A stretch of 64,000 bases of DNA from Octopus vulgaris (GCA_951406725.2 OX597828.1:69254001-69318000), one strand, 5' to 3'; counted from the stretch's first letter, positions 1 through 16,031 are shown. Notes: generated from the sequence alone by a model not told the origin. Numbers and translations: made by a program.

Positions 1-779
1 GGACAGTTTGACCAGGGATGGTAAGCTGGAAGGCTACACCAGACTGCAGTCTTTGACATTGTTTTCTACGACTGGATGCCCTTCCTAATGCCAACCTCTC
101 CGAGAGTATAGTGGGTGCTTTTATGTGCCACCAGCACAGGTGCCATTTGCGTATCTGCCACGACTGCAATTTTGCTCGGTTTCATGGGTTTCCTTCTCAA
201 ACACAACATAATGTCAGAAGTTTCGGTCTTTGCTTCTACGAGGCCCAACGCTCGAAAGGAACTCAGCCACTTTGCCTTCGGGGGGCCCAATGCTTGACAG
301 ATGATATATTGTATTCAAAATGATTGCCGTTGATTTTAAACCCCATATCAGCCTTCACCAAATTTACGTATAATCAGAGTCAGTCAAGGCATGGCCACCC
401 ACCCTGCGTGGTTACACAGTCTCTTATTTCTAGCAGGCCGAATGACCATGAATATGTTCTATTTGTGTTTAAAAGAATGTATATAGAGTGGTACATTGAT
501 ATCCAATGGTATGTAAACTCTGGAATAATAATATATTTTGAAGAAATGAAACACAGCCGACTCATAAGTTAAAGATGCTGGAAAAGTATGTATGTATATC
601 AAAGTATGTATGTATATCAAGAATATATGTTATATGGCATTTGATATTCCTGTCTAAATTGTTCTAATACATGTCATTGGCCATTCTGGGTTATCTCTCT
701 TGTCCCGTTTTTGTTTAAACTATGAAAATTACCAAAGCCATAAAAGGAAGGGGGTCTACTCTTTTTTGTACAAGTCCAA

Positions 780-792
780 GTTCCTTGGTTAC
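780..792. promoter_or_regulatory. Candidate RFX X-box upstream of the ZNF474-like gene
   Basis: GTTCCTTGGTTAC resembles the imperfect palindrome GTTNCCATGGNAAC bound by RFX. It lies ~640 bp upstream of the ATG of a gene whose vertebrate relatives are associated with ciliated cells. Confidence 0.3.
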
Positions 793-1078
793 TGGAGATA
801 AGGACGGTCAACTGGCCTGCTAACTGGACAGTTATTGGGCCACAAACACACGTCTACGGCTTTCTTCTTGTCTCGAGACAATTAACATTTCCGTTTCTTT
901 GATGTTGTCATATCAACTTTGGAGAATTTAGAATCTTCAGATTATCTCCCCTTCGCAAGTGGAGCTGATCTAAATTGCCATTTGGTATTTATGATGCAAC
1001 AGTCAACAATTTATGTTTTATAGTATTTGATATTTCTTACTATCTTTCTTTCTTTCATTCTTTTTCTTTGTGTGGGTG

Positions 1079-1177
<99 letters not shown>

Positions 1178-1183
1178 GTATAA

Positions 1184-3077
<1,894 letters not shown>

Positions 3078-3445
3078 AATAAATGAAAAAGAAAAGCAAA
3101 CGTATTTTTGTAATTGGTAAGTATTGTAATGGCAAAGATTCTATATTAAATGTGGAGTGAGGAGTACACTCTTTGTGAAATCCTGAAGAGGATTGAAAGA
3201 AGCTAGAAAGAGGGGAGTGTGATAGATGAAGTGAGGGACTTAAAGAGAGAGGGAAAGGCAATGCTTAGCAGGATATACATGAATTAGAATGCGAAACTGA
3301 AACCCTTTTCGCTATTTAGTTCTGTTCATCTTAGGTCTGAGTTCAAATCCCACCTGGAACAATATTTTCTTTTTATCTCTCCAAGGTCGATGTAAGTAAA
3401 TGCTACAGGGCTACACAGAGACCAATTTACGATACCTCACGATAT

Positions 3446-3660
3446 AAGGCGGCGAGCTGGCAGAATCGTTAGCACGCCGGGCGAAATGCTTTTTGGTATT
3501 TCGACTGCCGCTACATTCTGAGTTCAAATTCCGCCGAGGTCGACTTTGCCTTTCATCCCTTCGGGATCGATTAAATAAATACCAGTTTCGACTTAATCCG
3601 TTTGTCTGTCCTTGTTTGTCCTCTCTATGTTTAGCCTCTTGTGGGCAATAAAGAAATAAG
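3446..3660 (+). mobile_element. Octopus-type tRNA-derived SINE (tail A)
   Basis: AAGGCGGCGAGCTGGCAGAATCGTTAGC head, GAGTTCAAATTCC B-box, tail ...ttgtgggcaataaagaaata. Many copies occur in the window. Confidence 0.85.
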
Positions 3661-3916
3661 AATCTACGATACCTACCCTGCAAATTTGTGGACTTGTACT
3701 ATGTGAGAAGTCATTATGTACATCCATAAAGGAAGTGCAAAAGTTGGAATTTGGTCGAGATTATAAACGAGATCATGCGCTGTTTATCTTGATATGAGAT
3801 CACCATGTCGCGCACATATAGTTGTGATGCATGTGCCTAGTGTAATCTTATCAGATGGGTATATCCGTATATTTTACCCCAGTGTCACTTTGATGGCATG
3901 CACTGCTCTCTCACTC

Positions 3917-3956
<40 letters not shown>

Positions 3957-4006
3957 TTATAGAAAAATACCTTAGGAATGAGAACCCAGGTTCGAAATTT
4001 CCCCAA

Positions 4007-4052
4007 GACACCTGATGAAGGTTAGAGGGTATATCAGTCGAAACGTTGTGTT
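4007..4052 (+). ncRNA. Minimal type I hammerhead ribozyme motif (degenerate stem II)
   Basis: GACAC-CTGATGA-aGGTTAG..TCAGTC-GAAAC-GTT-GTGTT. Stem I is GACAC/GTGTT and stem III is the palindromic ACGT. Confidence 0.55.
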
Positions 4053-4681
4053 AACAACAAACAAGATGAGGACAAATATTCATCAAATGTAAATAATGTA
4101 AATAATGTACATAATTGCTCATCTCTTAAGCATAGGTTGTAGAGAGAGCGCATATTTATCCTCTAAACTAAATTTCTTAGTTTTCTAATGCAATCTATTT
4201 ATTATTATTATTTATCTATTTATCTATTTATGATTTTTGATAATTTTCAAAATATTTTTCAATATGTTTTTTTCTTTTACTTTCAGTTATTGTGAAAATG
4301 AATTTGTATATAAACACTCCGACATTAAGCTGGGTTTCTCATGCATCGAACCATCCAGTGTCAAAAGCTCAATATGAATTCTGTGTCAGTACATTGTTTA
4401 ACATGTTCTCAAATTTTATATCTTCCAGCGGTCATCTTTCTCAGCTGTTCTTCCATTGTTGAAACCACTATTATTTTGTTCCTGAGTTCCCTTCTGGGGA
4501 ACAAAAAGTATTTTGTTATTATTCAATGGTCCAGTTTTATATTCCCATTTGGGATCTCTTCATAATCAATACTAATTTCCATATTCCAATTCTAATCATA
4601 AATGTCACAAAAGGTGTTAGCTTTATCTAAATAATAATAATGATAATGATAACGATGATTATGATGATGATGATGATGATG

Positions 4682-4721
<40 letters not shown>

Positions 4722-4722
<1 letters not shown>

Positions 4723-5071
4723 CAGCAGATGTCAACGTGTCTCTAAAAGAAATGGAGAAACTTTCAAAATACAAAGACCTGGAAATAGAGGTAACTAGAA
4801 TGTGGAATCTAAAAACAGAAACAATTCCTATCATAGTAGGCGCATTAGGTATGATAAAAAAAATATTCAGACAAATACATAACAAAAACGCCAGGACTTA
4901 CAAACACATATAACATACAGAAAATCGCACTACTAGGCACTGCACACATCCTACGCAGAACACTTTCAATACAGTAGCCATCAGAGCATCACAACAAATC
5001 ACAGCACATACACAAGGCACACAGAGCTGCGCTCGGTAGTGAAGTGAAAGCACACTATAAAAATAAAACTA

Positions 5072-5075
<4 letters not shown>
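4722..5075 (+). mobile_element. Dong/R4-clade LINE 3' fragment
   Basis: DVNVSLKEMEKLSKYKDLEIEVTRMWNLKTETIPIIVGALG...IQKIALLGTAHILRRTL (one frameshift), followed by a 3' UTR, between (AAT)n runs. Confidence 0.85.
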
Positions 5076-5100
<25 letters not shown>

Positions 5101-5102
<2 letters not shown>

Positions 5103-7990
5103 TTTTTCTTTACTGGCCACAAGCGCAACAAAAACATTTAGGATAAGTCAAAAACAAAGGACAGATTTACATATGCACGTATAAACAAAATAAACAAAAG
5201 TAATTAACAAGAGTATTATAATAACAAAATTCACAAATAGGGGGTAGTGCCACCCAACAGTAACAAAGAATCCGACAGATTCTGGATTACCCCAGCTGCC
5301 AAGTGCTCCTCTCTTATCAATTCAATCCATTCTTAAAGGTGCAAGCTTAGGGTAGGCCCACTCATCGGAGCCATCATCACCATATTAACCCACGTATCGA
5401 GAAATTTTTGGAGAGCAGCGCCTTCCTTTCAAACCTCACCTTGCTTTACAAATGGAACTTAGAAGAGTCGACGGCCGGAGAGGAAAGTATCTGCAGTCAG
5501 TAATTTCAGTCTAGTTCACCATACAACATCTCTCACTATAGTCACCAGGCCGAGGAATACTGTTATCCCTTCTCAGCCAAAGGAAGGCAGTGGAGTGATC
5601 TTCACAATGGTGTCGGCTGATAGCCAGACCCTTCTTACTCGCACTCCACAAGTCAGTAATGTTAGTACACTACGAGCGCGTGCATCTTGGGCAAGCCCGG
5701 TGGACGACACCGCCATGCCTATAGAGTTTATCCTGAAACAGTAATATCTCTCACCACACCCGGCAGCATTGCCGAATCAAGGATTTCTAGAAATTATCCA
5801 TAGGCCCTTGATCGAAAGTCCTCCGTAACAAAGAAACCAGTTTACTTCCGGCGACGTCCAAAGTCTTCCTTGAATACGTAGTCGCTCTCGCTTATCACTA
5901 ATCCTATACAGAAACTTATGGTGAAGCTTCCAACGACCACATTGTTCGACTGGCAGAAAACGGCGAGCCTCTGACGATACTTTAGGTGCAACCTTTGTCA
6001 AAGTGAGTCTAATAAAGGTAACCACACCTACACGTCGCCAAGGAAGCGCAAGAAATGTCGCAACCTCAGACATGTCTGCATCTCATTATCCACTGCATGC
6101 TCAGCCCTCAAAGCAGCAGGTGTTGACAGCGAACGGAGTGTCTGTCCACCAGAATCCGTCCCTTCCATAGAAAGTGGAAGAGTTGACACTCCAGTCGGGT
6201 CATCAACGGAGCCGAGCATGACACAATAGCCAGGTAGTAGCAGGTGATAGATGCAATGTAGGCGTTCTCCACCCCGCCCTACCGTTCAGGGTGAAATTGG
6301 TGACACTGCTCGCCATTTCGAACCAGTTCTTGTCCACCTAGAGATCTGAACCAAATCAGACACCGAATAATGCAACTCGTCAGTAACCCCAGGTAGCATG
6401 ACTCTCCGGGTGCCGAGCTGTAGGCTCATTGACTGTTCCTGGTTAATTTTTTATGTTAATTTTTTTCCTCAGAAAAGTGCCGATCTGTCCGAACATTTTT
6501 AAGGTGACAACATGAAATACGTATATCTGTGCCAATCTTTTGGCTACTACCTTGGCCAAAATCTTAAATTCTGCATTTTGCAGTGTTACTGGCCTGAGTT
6601 TGTCAAAATCAACTCCCTTGTTCGGGTCCTTTCTCTGTAGCACTACTTACACCTCGTTTCGCGGAATTGGGAAATTTTCCATTCTGCTGCCAGTTGCAGT
6701 AGACACCTGCCAAGAGACCGCCGAGTAAGATGGCATACTTGGTGACTTATCACTTGTGCAGCCATCCATCGCTTCCAGTATGTCATCAGCTGTTATCGAC
6801 CTTTCGCAGAACTTTGCATCTAGTCGTGACCTGCGGTAGGTCATTGAGATAGGTGGTAAGGTCCACTCCATCTCTGACCGCCCTAAACAGTTTAGCTAAA
6901 TGACGCTGGAAAGCTGCACACATCTGCTCGGAACGAAGTACCATGCGCTTTTACTGATCCGTCAAAGACTGAATTGTGGCTTTGTTGCCACGTTGTGCTT
7001 CTGCCTTCCGGAACCATCGAACGGCTTTCGTTCCCTCATACCTTATAGCGTGCACCCTTGTGCCCTGACAGCACAACCTTCGTGGTTAGCATTGAAGACT
7101 TGGTCAAGAGTCAATCTTGCCGTCAGCACGTCAGTGGCAAAGCCTTTCCTTGGTACCTCCTCTGGGATACTAAGTAGCTTTTCCTCTACTCTATCACTAT
7201 TTCATTACTAAACCATATTGATTTTCATCTAAGGTTGAGCTGACCACCATCGGTTATTGACGAATGCCTCTTAACTTCTTCTTAATTTATTCTCTAATCC
7301 GGTCTCTGTAAACTTGGCATGCATGGAAAGACGCTTTCTGTTTCCAATAATCAGGTCCCGGTCTATTCTGCTTGTCAAGGTCGATAGTACAGATAAAAAT
7401 GTGTGTAGCCGACCACTTTGAATTGTGGGCAACCTATACTGTCCCTGTTTGCCCGTGTTCACATTTGGGCATTCGGATAATCTAGGCACTACCTGTCAAA
7501 CAGTTGGAAACGTATGAACAGGTTTGTGATGCTTTTGCACCCAACTCTCTTATCAGTGAACACCACACAATCAAAACGTGCATCCAAGATATCGTTCCAG
7601 TTGTCCATTAACGCTAAAGCATTCTGACGTTCCGAGGAAAATCTCCAGACTCCTAAAGAAATCTGGTTGCCCTGACAAAGTCATAGACAGCCGCTAGTCT
7701 GAAGTCGCCTCTTCGTTACATTTCACATCCAGGATAATCAGTTTCCTTTTCGGGCCCAGGAAGATCGACAGCTTCTCGAGATTCAAGGTCTTTCTAAAAC
7801 AACGCTGTCAATCTGCCTCCTATCCCAGGTCCCTTACAGATGCGTAGATATCAATCATCAAAAATGGACGCTACGGCATGTGTACTTGAACATCCTAGTA
7901 TCACTTATGACTTGAGATCATTGAGCAGGTGACCCTGATTCCAGATTGACTGATGAACGCGCATTTATGCAACCTACTTTTAAAGCTGTT
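5101..7990 (-). mobile_element. Degenerate L1/Tx1-clade LINE (APE-RT remnants, RT core deleted)
   Basis: Minus-strand KDPNKGVDFDKLRPVTLQNAEFKILAKVVAKRL motif, VGCINAR endonuclease start near 7975, C-terminus homologous to 56040-56350, and 3' end ...cttgtggccagtaaagaaaaata. Confidence 0.75.
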
Positions 7991-8689
7991 TTGTTGGTAG
8001 AAGGAAAGGACAAAGAAAAACAGGTCATCTAACTTAAAGATGTTTCTTTAGGCAATCGGTTATATAAAAAATCCCTTCACCGTATAGGGTTTTGCGGGGA
8101 GCCTTCGAAGTTTTCTGCTCTTGACCGTGACGCTGGAGTTTCCAATGTCATTTGGAAAACTTGCTCATTTTCTTATATCTGTCTACTGGCAGCCTTACAA
8201 ATTTCAAGTTCTCTGGGATTTCCTCTGCGCTTTTATTGTAGGCCCTCCCCATTATCCTATGTCTCCCCTTTGTACTGTTGAACTGCAGTTCTTTATTTTT
8301 ACTTCTTACCAGGACAAAACTGAATGTGGCTGCAAATTGTGGCTACTTTCGTTCTGGTCGTTGTTGGGATTTATGCAGACGCTAGTTTTTCTCTTGTATT
8401 TTCGTTTTGTTATGTTTTCTTTTAGTTGCTATGAGTAGAGGTGATGGTGTTGCTGGTGTTTTTGTTATTGTTGTTGCAGATATAGCGTTAAATGGGAGAG
8501 ATGTGGAGTTGGTGTTGTTTTATGTTTTGTATAACTTCATGAATGTTTTTAACGTTTTTTTACCCTTTCTTTTATGTTCTTTTTTTCTATTTTGGTTTAC
8601 CCTTTCTTGCCCTCTCTCCTCATCAGAGATTTGGTCAGGAAGATCCAACGTAGGCGAATACAAGCGCATGTTTTCTTGTGTGTGTATGT

Positions 8690-8880
8690 CCGTCCGTTCA
8701 GCGCGCAACGACGCTGTTGGACGGAATGGACTTGCCTCTCCAGGTGCCGAGTTGCATGCCCACCGACTTTTCCACGTTAAGTTTTGCTCCCGTCAACTTT
8801 TCATATTCTTCCAGTGATGTGCCGATCACCTAAAATACAATTCCAGTCGCCCACTAATGTTCACGAGCGCGATATTCTTA
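8690..8880 (-). mobile_element. Tx1-like RT thumb fragment
   Basis: Reverse strand reads LEEYEKLTGAKLNVEKSVGMQLGTWRGKSIP, resembling the L1/Tx1 post-RT motif. Confidence 0.6.
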
Positions 8881-10007
8881 GAGACGCCTCATGACGTCTG
8901 AAGACTTCGTTCTTCTTTTACCTATCCAAGTACAAACAGCCACTTGTCTGAAAGCACTATCATCATCATCATTGTTCGACCGTGGTCGAGACAATGGAAT
9001 TTACTATGTTACGCCAGACTTCACGGTCCATCATAGCATTACGGAGGTCCTGTTGCTGGATGCCTGTATCCCTGGAGATTACATCAGGATAGGAGAGTGT
9101 GCGCCCTCTGGTATTGCGAGTAGATGGCTTATAGAAAGCACTATACCGCTATTGATGTGCACGTCTACGACCACCAGTCGTCCTTACCTCTATATCCGTA
9201 CCTTTCCGATATTGTACTGTCTCATCTCTCAAATTGGACTAGCGAAAGAAGTGTGGATCCCGTTGTCTGTCAGAAGGAGAGCAAGCTAGTTCTTTGAGAT
9301 CCTATCTCCGTTGATGGTTACCACATCTAGATTTTGTAACCAAATATAATACAACAGTTTTTTCAGCTTCCACACCGACTTAAGACCACGTGAGTTTAGG
9401 ATCTCATGCTGTTGATACTGTGGAGACTGTTGATATTGTGGATACTATTGATGTTGTGGATAGTTTTGATGAAATTGTTGACGAGGCGGCTGATTTCATT
9501 TGTTTTGCCACGCTTTTTTATTTTAGTGAAATGTCAGCTTGCTTGATGTTCAGACTGCCAATGCATGGCTCATCAACCTTGGCCACATCTGTCATTTCTG
9601 TCATTTCTCTCATTCTTCCATATCATCCTTATCGTTTTCATTTGCTGAATCTCATGCCTCTATTCCCGAGCCTTTTCTTATATATCAATGTTTGCACGAA
9701 TGTCGCTTTGTTTAGGATGGCACTTCAACTTGATCTCCTTGGATACTTGTTGTTGTTGTGACTTCTGCTTTTTCTTCGACTGTTATTGCTGTTGTTATTG
9801 CTACTGTGTATTTTGTTTTAGCTGTGGTCGAGGTATTGATATCATCAAGGCATATCCGCCACCTTTCTTTTCTCTCGCATGGAGCAGAAAGCTCTTATGC
9901 ATGTGCAGCATTTGCGCTTCTTGTCCTCGGCTATCATCATGATTTTCTCTCATTTCAAGAAGTTCATAACACGCAGTAAAACTAATGCTACTTAATAATA
10001 ATAAGAA

Positions 10008-10372
10008 GAAACGTTAGTACGCCGAGCGAAATGCTTTGTGGTATTTCGTCCACCGCTACGTTCTGAGTTCAAATTCCGCCGAGGTCGACATGGCCTTTCA
10101 TCCTTTCGGGGTCGATAAATTAAGTACCAGTTACGCACTGGGGTCGATGTAATCGACTTAATCCGTTTGTCTGTCCTAGTTTGTCCTCTCTGTGGGTAGT
10201 AAAGAAATAGGTATTTCGTCTGCCGCCACGTTCTGAGTTCAAATTCCGCCGAGGTCGACTTTGCCTTTCATCCGTTCGGCGTCGATTAAATAAGTACCAA
10301 TTACTCACTAGGGTCGATGTAACCGACTTAATCGCTTCCCCCAAATTTGAGGGCTTGTAATTCCAGTAGAAA
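10008..10372 (+). mobile_element. Dimeric SINE (head-body-tailA-body-tailB)
   Basis: Second body starts at GGTATTTCGTCTG directly after tail A (taaagaaata). Ends in tail B ccccaaattt...gtagaaag. Confidence 0.8.
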
Positions 10373-10389
10373 GAATTATTATTATTATT

Positions 10390-10672
10390 ATTTGATGAAA
10401 ACTCACAGCTTATTTTGCCGGGTATGTTGGAACGTGTCAGCTGTCCACAGAGAGCAGACTAAGGTAACACTTGTTTACTCGTCATACTTCAAGAACCCTG
10501 CGAAGAATTCTTGCAGTCCCAAGCAATGCTGGTTTTTGTAGGTGTTCTACTGTCACACATTTACCAATCTTTTTCAGCCATGTTGGTAGTTGTGGGCTGA
10601 TACTTCCAAGTTTCCAAGTGCACCAATTACTATTGGTATCACACCTACTCTCCTCATTCACCACAAATTTCG
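10390..10672 (-). mobile_element. Dong/R4-clade LINE 3' fragment
   Basis: VTVEHLQKPALLGTARILRRVLEV* C-terminus on the minus strand, between ATT/AAT runs. Confidence 0.75.
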
Positions 10673-10673
10673 T

Positions 10674-11162
<489 letters not shown>

Positions 11163-11274
11163 AAGATTAGTTAGTAGGTACATAACAGATGTGGTAAAAT
11201 GTGACTTTTAAATTATGAATTCAAATCCCTCCAATATTAACTTTCCTTTTCAGCCTGGGTTTATAAAATAAGTA

Positions 11275-12375
11275 CGAAGGTTGGATGAAAGGTGCATAGG
11301 TTGACCCTGAAGGAGTGATGCTAGAGCTGTGAAATCTGGCATGCATTAACTTTCCTTATTAATGGTTTCATTGTTTCATTCCAAGTAAACTGACATTTGA
11401 CTGTTCAAAGAAGATTTCACAAGTAACTAGTAACGACTTCTCTTGAAAGTCGACACAGTTTGGCATCGTCGTCTCATCAAATACCTGCCGAAAAAGAATT
11501 TATCTCTGAACTACTTTCATGCTGATATGGTTGCTTTATTAAGAGGTGACGCTCTAGTGTTATCAACAGTGCAAAAGTGAACGGCTGAATTGAAGAGAAA
11601 AGGGGAGAGTCTTGAAGATCACCCACGGCCTGGACGTCCTACAACTGCAACCACCGAAGAAATCATTAATCGTATTCACTACCTGGTGATGAATAACAGG
11701 CGATTGACTATAAATCAAAAATCCATTGCTATTAGTGTATCCCGTGATAAAGTTGAGAATATCCTGCACATTGAATTTGGCACGACGGGGGTTTTTGCTT
11801 CCTCATTTTGAGCCAAAAATAAAGAGACTTTCCATACAGTGGAAACACCCTTCGTCACCTACTCCATCTGCAGGGAAAGTGATGGCTCTGGTCTTTGGGA
11901 TGCAAATGGCATGTGTTTTTTTTTATTATCGTCAAAAGGGCCACATCATCAATGGAGAGTGCTACGCCAACTTACTGAGGCAGTTAAGAAACAAGAACAA
12001 ACGTCCACAAAAACTGACGAAAGGGGTCTTGTTTCATCATGGCACTGCTCCAGCGCACAAGTCCTTGGTTTCAGTGGCTGCTGTGCGTTACTGTGGCTTT
12101 GAACTGGTTTATCACCATCCCTATTCCGATAAGGCCCCATCTGATTATCCTCTCTTCCCCAACATGAAAAAGCACTTGACTGGGAACCAGCATTGCAGTG
12201 TCACATCTGTTTTGACCAACAAGATGAATGCTTTCTCCTCAATAGGATCCACGCACTGCAACATCGAAAGAAGTGTGTGGACCGCAAGGAGGACAACGTT
12301 GAAATATAAACCGCACTTGATTACATCCCATAAGGGTATCCTTGGTCAGCCTATGAACTTATCAGCCGACCCTCG
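11275..12375 (+). mobile_element. Degenerate mariner DNA transposon nested in a SINE remnant
   Basis: ~30-bp imperfect TIRs (CGAAGGTTGGATGAAAGG.. / ..ATCAGCCGACCCTCG) and TA TSD. Transposase remnants LEDHPRPGRP, SAGKVMA, HHPYSDKAPSDYPLFPNMK. Confidence 0.9.
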
Positions 12376-12779
12376 TACAAGTCTCGTGTGTTGGGTCCAT
12401 CCGATCATCTATAAACTATAAGCTTTCCTAAAATTTGTGGCCTTGTGCCAAAGCCAGAAATTATTATTATTGAAGACAACATCGTTGGTTTCATAACTCG
12501 CACCATTTCAAGAGCGTTACTCAATTGTTCATTCATTAATGGTTTATGTGTAAGAGCGAATTCTTCACCAGTAGAAATATCAGCCGTAGCAGCGGCAGTA
12601 GTAGCAGTGGCAGCAGCAACAACATCTTTCGTATATATTTTATGACTAATTAATAAGTGCTTGTTACTAGTCCTTACATAAAACGCCCCCTTACATAATA
12701 CATCTCCGCAAGGAAGGACCGCAAGCAAAATGAAAAAACAGAAAATGCTTATTATTTATGAAACAAGTATATACACAAA

Positions 12780-13223
12780 CAGGGTGGGCCAAAATTAGTG
12801 CCCCAACTTGAGTTTTTGAAAAATAAATACATGAAATGTAATGAAAATGAGAAGAGAAAAAAGATCATAATGAGGATATGCTCCATCTTGCACAAAGATT
12901 TAGGAAAGACGGTATCGAAAATACGGCCAGATGATGTTTTCACACAACGTCAGGTAACGATCAATCACCATTCATCGTATCTCGTTGAATATGGAATGCA
13001 CAAATTCCTGAAGACGATATCGCCGCCCAAATGACAAGAGAAAATGAGTCGATCAAAAAATCTGGAATCTTTGGCTTCGGCCAGAATTATCTCACAGAAT
13101 TCGACACATCGAACAATCAATGACACATAGAAATATTAACAGCTTGCATCAAGAAACTGCAGAACTTATAGATATGTATAACTGGAACGCATAAAGTTGG
13201 GGCACTAATTTTGGTGCACCCTG
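12780..13223 (+). mobile_element. Internally deleted Tc1/mariner element
   Basis: 29-bp TIRs CAGGGTGGGCCAAAATTAGTGCCCCAACT / AGTTGGGGCACTAATTTTGGTGCACCCTG, followed by TA on the right. Confidence 0.8.
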
Positions 13224-13307
13224 TATATATTACAGATATGCATATACATATGCATGTGTATATATGTATGTATGTATGCATATATTATACATATACATGT
13301 GTGTGTA

Positions 13308-13377
<70 letters not shown>

Positions 13378-13926
13378 GTGATGGATGTTTCTCAGTCCGA
13401 CAAAAACTTGGGCTGTTCTGCAATTTCTTGCTGAACAACTTTCTTCTCAGATGATTCGTTTATTGTGATCAAGTGTTTGTGCGGCACATAAGTTCCCTTC
13501 CTCTATCCAATTGCCCGTACAAGATGCACGATGTGCCATAACGTCAGGTGTCGAAGTGGTCGCAGAACAACGAGATGAAGTGTTTAAGAACACAATGCAC
13601 CACTCGGCCTGGGAATCGAAACCATGCTCTCGCGATTCGTGATTCATGTGTGATACATCCTAACACATACATACCTATGTATGCGTGTGTAACTGTGTGT
13701 GCGTATGTGTGCGAGTGTGCGAGTGCGTAAATAAAATTTCAAATCCTTTACATATGCCAGCAATTATCGATGTAGTCGATGGTCGCCTTTATGAAACACC
13801 ATTTATCATTTCCATAATTGTTCCATATTCTAATAACACATATTTCAAGTATGTATTAGATCTCGAAAATTCGCACATGCACGGAAACGCATATACATAC
13901 ACAAGTGTAAAATATACACATCTATT

Positions 13927-14156
13927 AAGGCGGCGAGGTGGCAGAAACGTTAGCCCTCTGGGCGAAATGTGTAGCCGTATTTCGTCTGCCGTTACATTCT
14001 GAGTTCAAATTCCGCCGAGGTCGACTTTGCCTTTCATCCTTTCGGGTCGATAAATAAAGTACCAGTTACGCACTGGGGTCGATGTAATCGACTTAATCCT
14101 TGTGTCTGTCCTTGTTTGCCCCCTCTATGTTTAGCCCCTTGTGGGTAGTAAAGAAT
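13927..14156 (+). mobile_element. tRNA-derived SINE (tail A) with 14-bp TSD
   Basis: TSD ATATACACATCTAT at 13912-13925 and 14157-14170. Confidence 0.9.
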
Positions 14157-15794
14157 ATATACACATCTATGTTTATGTTTCATAGAAAAATGTGTGACAC
14201 GAAGAGCGGAATCACCAATTCTAATTAGAGTAGAATGTTTTCTTTGGCTGATAAAAGATAACACTGACTTCGAAGTTTCACATGGTCGGTTTTCATTATT
14301 AATTGAGAAAAAAATGAAATATTTACATATTAGATACATGTAATCTTTGGTCAATTGAGAAAAGAAAATGCTTGAGTTAGAGAGGAGGAACCATATAATG
14401 ATTGATTTTAGAATCAATAATGATTGATTTTCGAAAATTCTAATTTAATTAGAATATTAATAGACAGGGTAAATTCGATAGGTTTTAAAACATATCTAAA
14501 CATATATTAATTACCTTTGTTTAAAGTTTCGTGTGGGTCATACATATATAAATGCTATGTAGTTTTAGTCACTTTAACGATGAAGTTAAAGTGAATATGT
14601 ACTGTTATTTATCACAAAAATTGTGTAGAATATATTTCAAAGTTGGACAAATTTAGAAGGTTCTCTTGGTACGTTTACCTATTGTTATTCATAAAATAAA
14701 ATCCTATATACACACACTCACACATGCACACACACACACACACACACACACAAACAAACAAACAAACACGAAGCTGAGGTAAGTTCACGATCAGAACTAT
14801 TAGTTTGACACTCAGAGAAACGGAAAGAGTAAACTGTTACAAGGTGTCAGACATCGGATATAAGTTTCCCTATTTTGATAGGAAATTGATTTAAAGCATT
14901 CGTTGTCCTGGACATTCTGTATCTGCCGGATGAAACTAATTGCCAGTGAAGGCTAAGTTAATGGATGTTACATCATATGACTGATTATATAAGTCCCTTT
15001 TTTATTAAATGTTGATGAAAAGTTTTGCAAAACAAAGTATTCTCGATTTTATATCAGAAAATGAATGATTAGGTTTCATGTTCCAAATATATGTCGACAG
15101 CAACGTGTCGCCTTTATTCCGGTTTTGAATCATATATACGTGTTGATAAACCAAAGTTTAAAAAATCTAACGGTTAATCTGATATATGATTTTGATCAAC
15201 AGTCAGTGTTAACAACAGCCCATTATACCAATTCTTTGGCTTTTTAATTATCTTTTAGAGAGCATTTGTCATTGTTAACATCACAGGATCTCAACCAGGG
15301 TCCAATATGAGCCTTGAATGTGCACAGAAGATTTAGTTGTTAAAATTTATGTGCAGTAAATTGGTTATACCTCTACAATATACAAACTAGTTTAACATTT
15401 TTTCCTGCAATTCTTAATAATATTTAATTCAACAAATAGGAATCAAAGGGATCCATCGATAAAATATGGTCGAGAACCACTGAGTTATACAGTTTCAATT
15501 TAAGTTGTCATAGATAGAGGGGTTGCTTTTAATTAAGATTAGTTGAAACTATCTCATGTTGGTATGAACTTGTCTGAAAAGAGATTTCAATGTAAACTTT
15601 GTTGAAAACATGGCGTTTGTAAGTGAAGAAATGCATAAAAGTGTTTGAAAATTACTTTGGCTACAAATATCGTTAGCTGTAACTTATACGGTGAATTGTG
15701 TCGCACAAATATTTTACAGCTCCTGGTGAAATAATCATGTGAAACATTTTCGATGTATAAACGGCCCTTTTAGTGTATTACATTTCATTTTATT

Positions 15795-16031
15795 AAGGCG
15801 GCGAGCTGGCAGAATCGTTAGCACGCCGGGCGAAATGCGTAGCCGTATTTCGTCTGCCGTTACGTTCTGAGTTCAAATTCCGCCGAGGTCGACTTTGCCT
15901 TTCATCCTCTCGGGGTCGATAAATAAAGTACCAGTTTCACACTGGGTCGATGTAATCGACTTAATCCCTTTGTCTGCCCTTGTTTGTCCCCTCTATGTTT
16001 AGCCCCTTGAGGGCAGTAAAGAAATATATAT
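15795..16031 (+). mobile_element. tRNA-derived SINE (tail A) with 12-bp TSD
   Basis: TSD ATTTCATTTTAT at 15782-15793 and 16032-16043. Confidence 0.9.

Larger units (their letters stand above)
3117..4286 (+). other. Putative 3'-UTR intron of the ZNF474-like gene
   Basis: Perfect GTAAGT donor 39 nt after the stop codon. Strong polypyrimidine acceptor ttttttcttttactttcag ends at 4286. Confidence 0.45.

Noticed and set aside
11726-12421. SETMAR-like host gene
   Set aside because: It is a frameshifted transposase within TIRs and TA TSD, with no SET domain.
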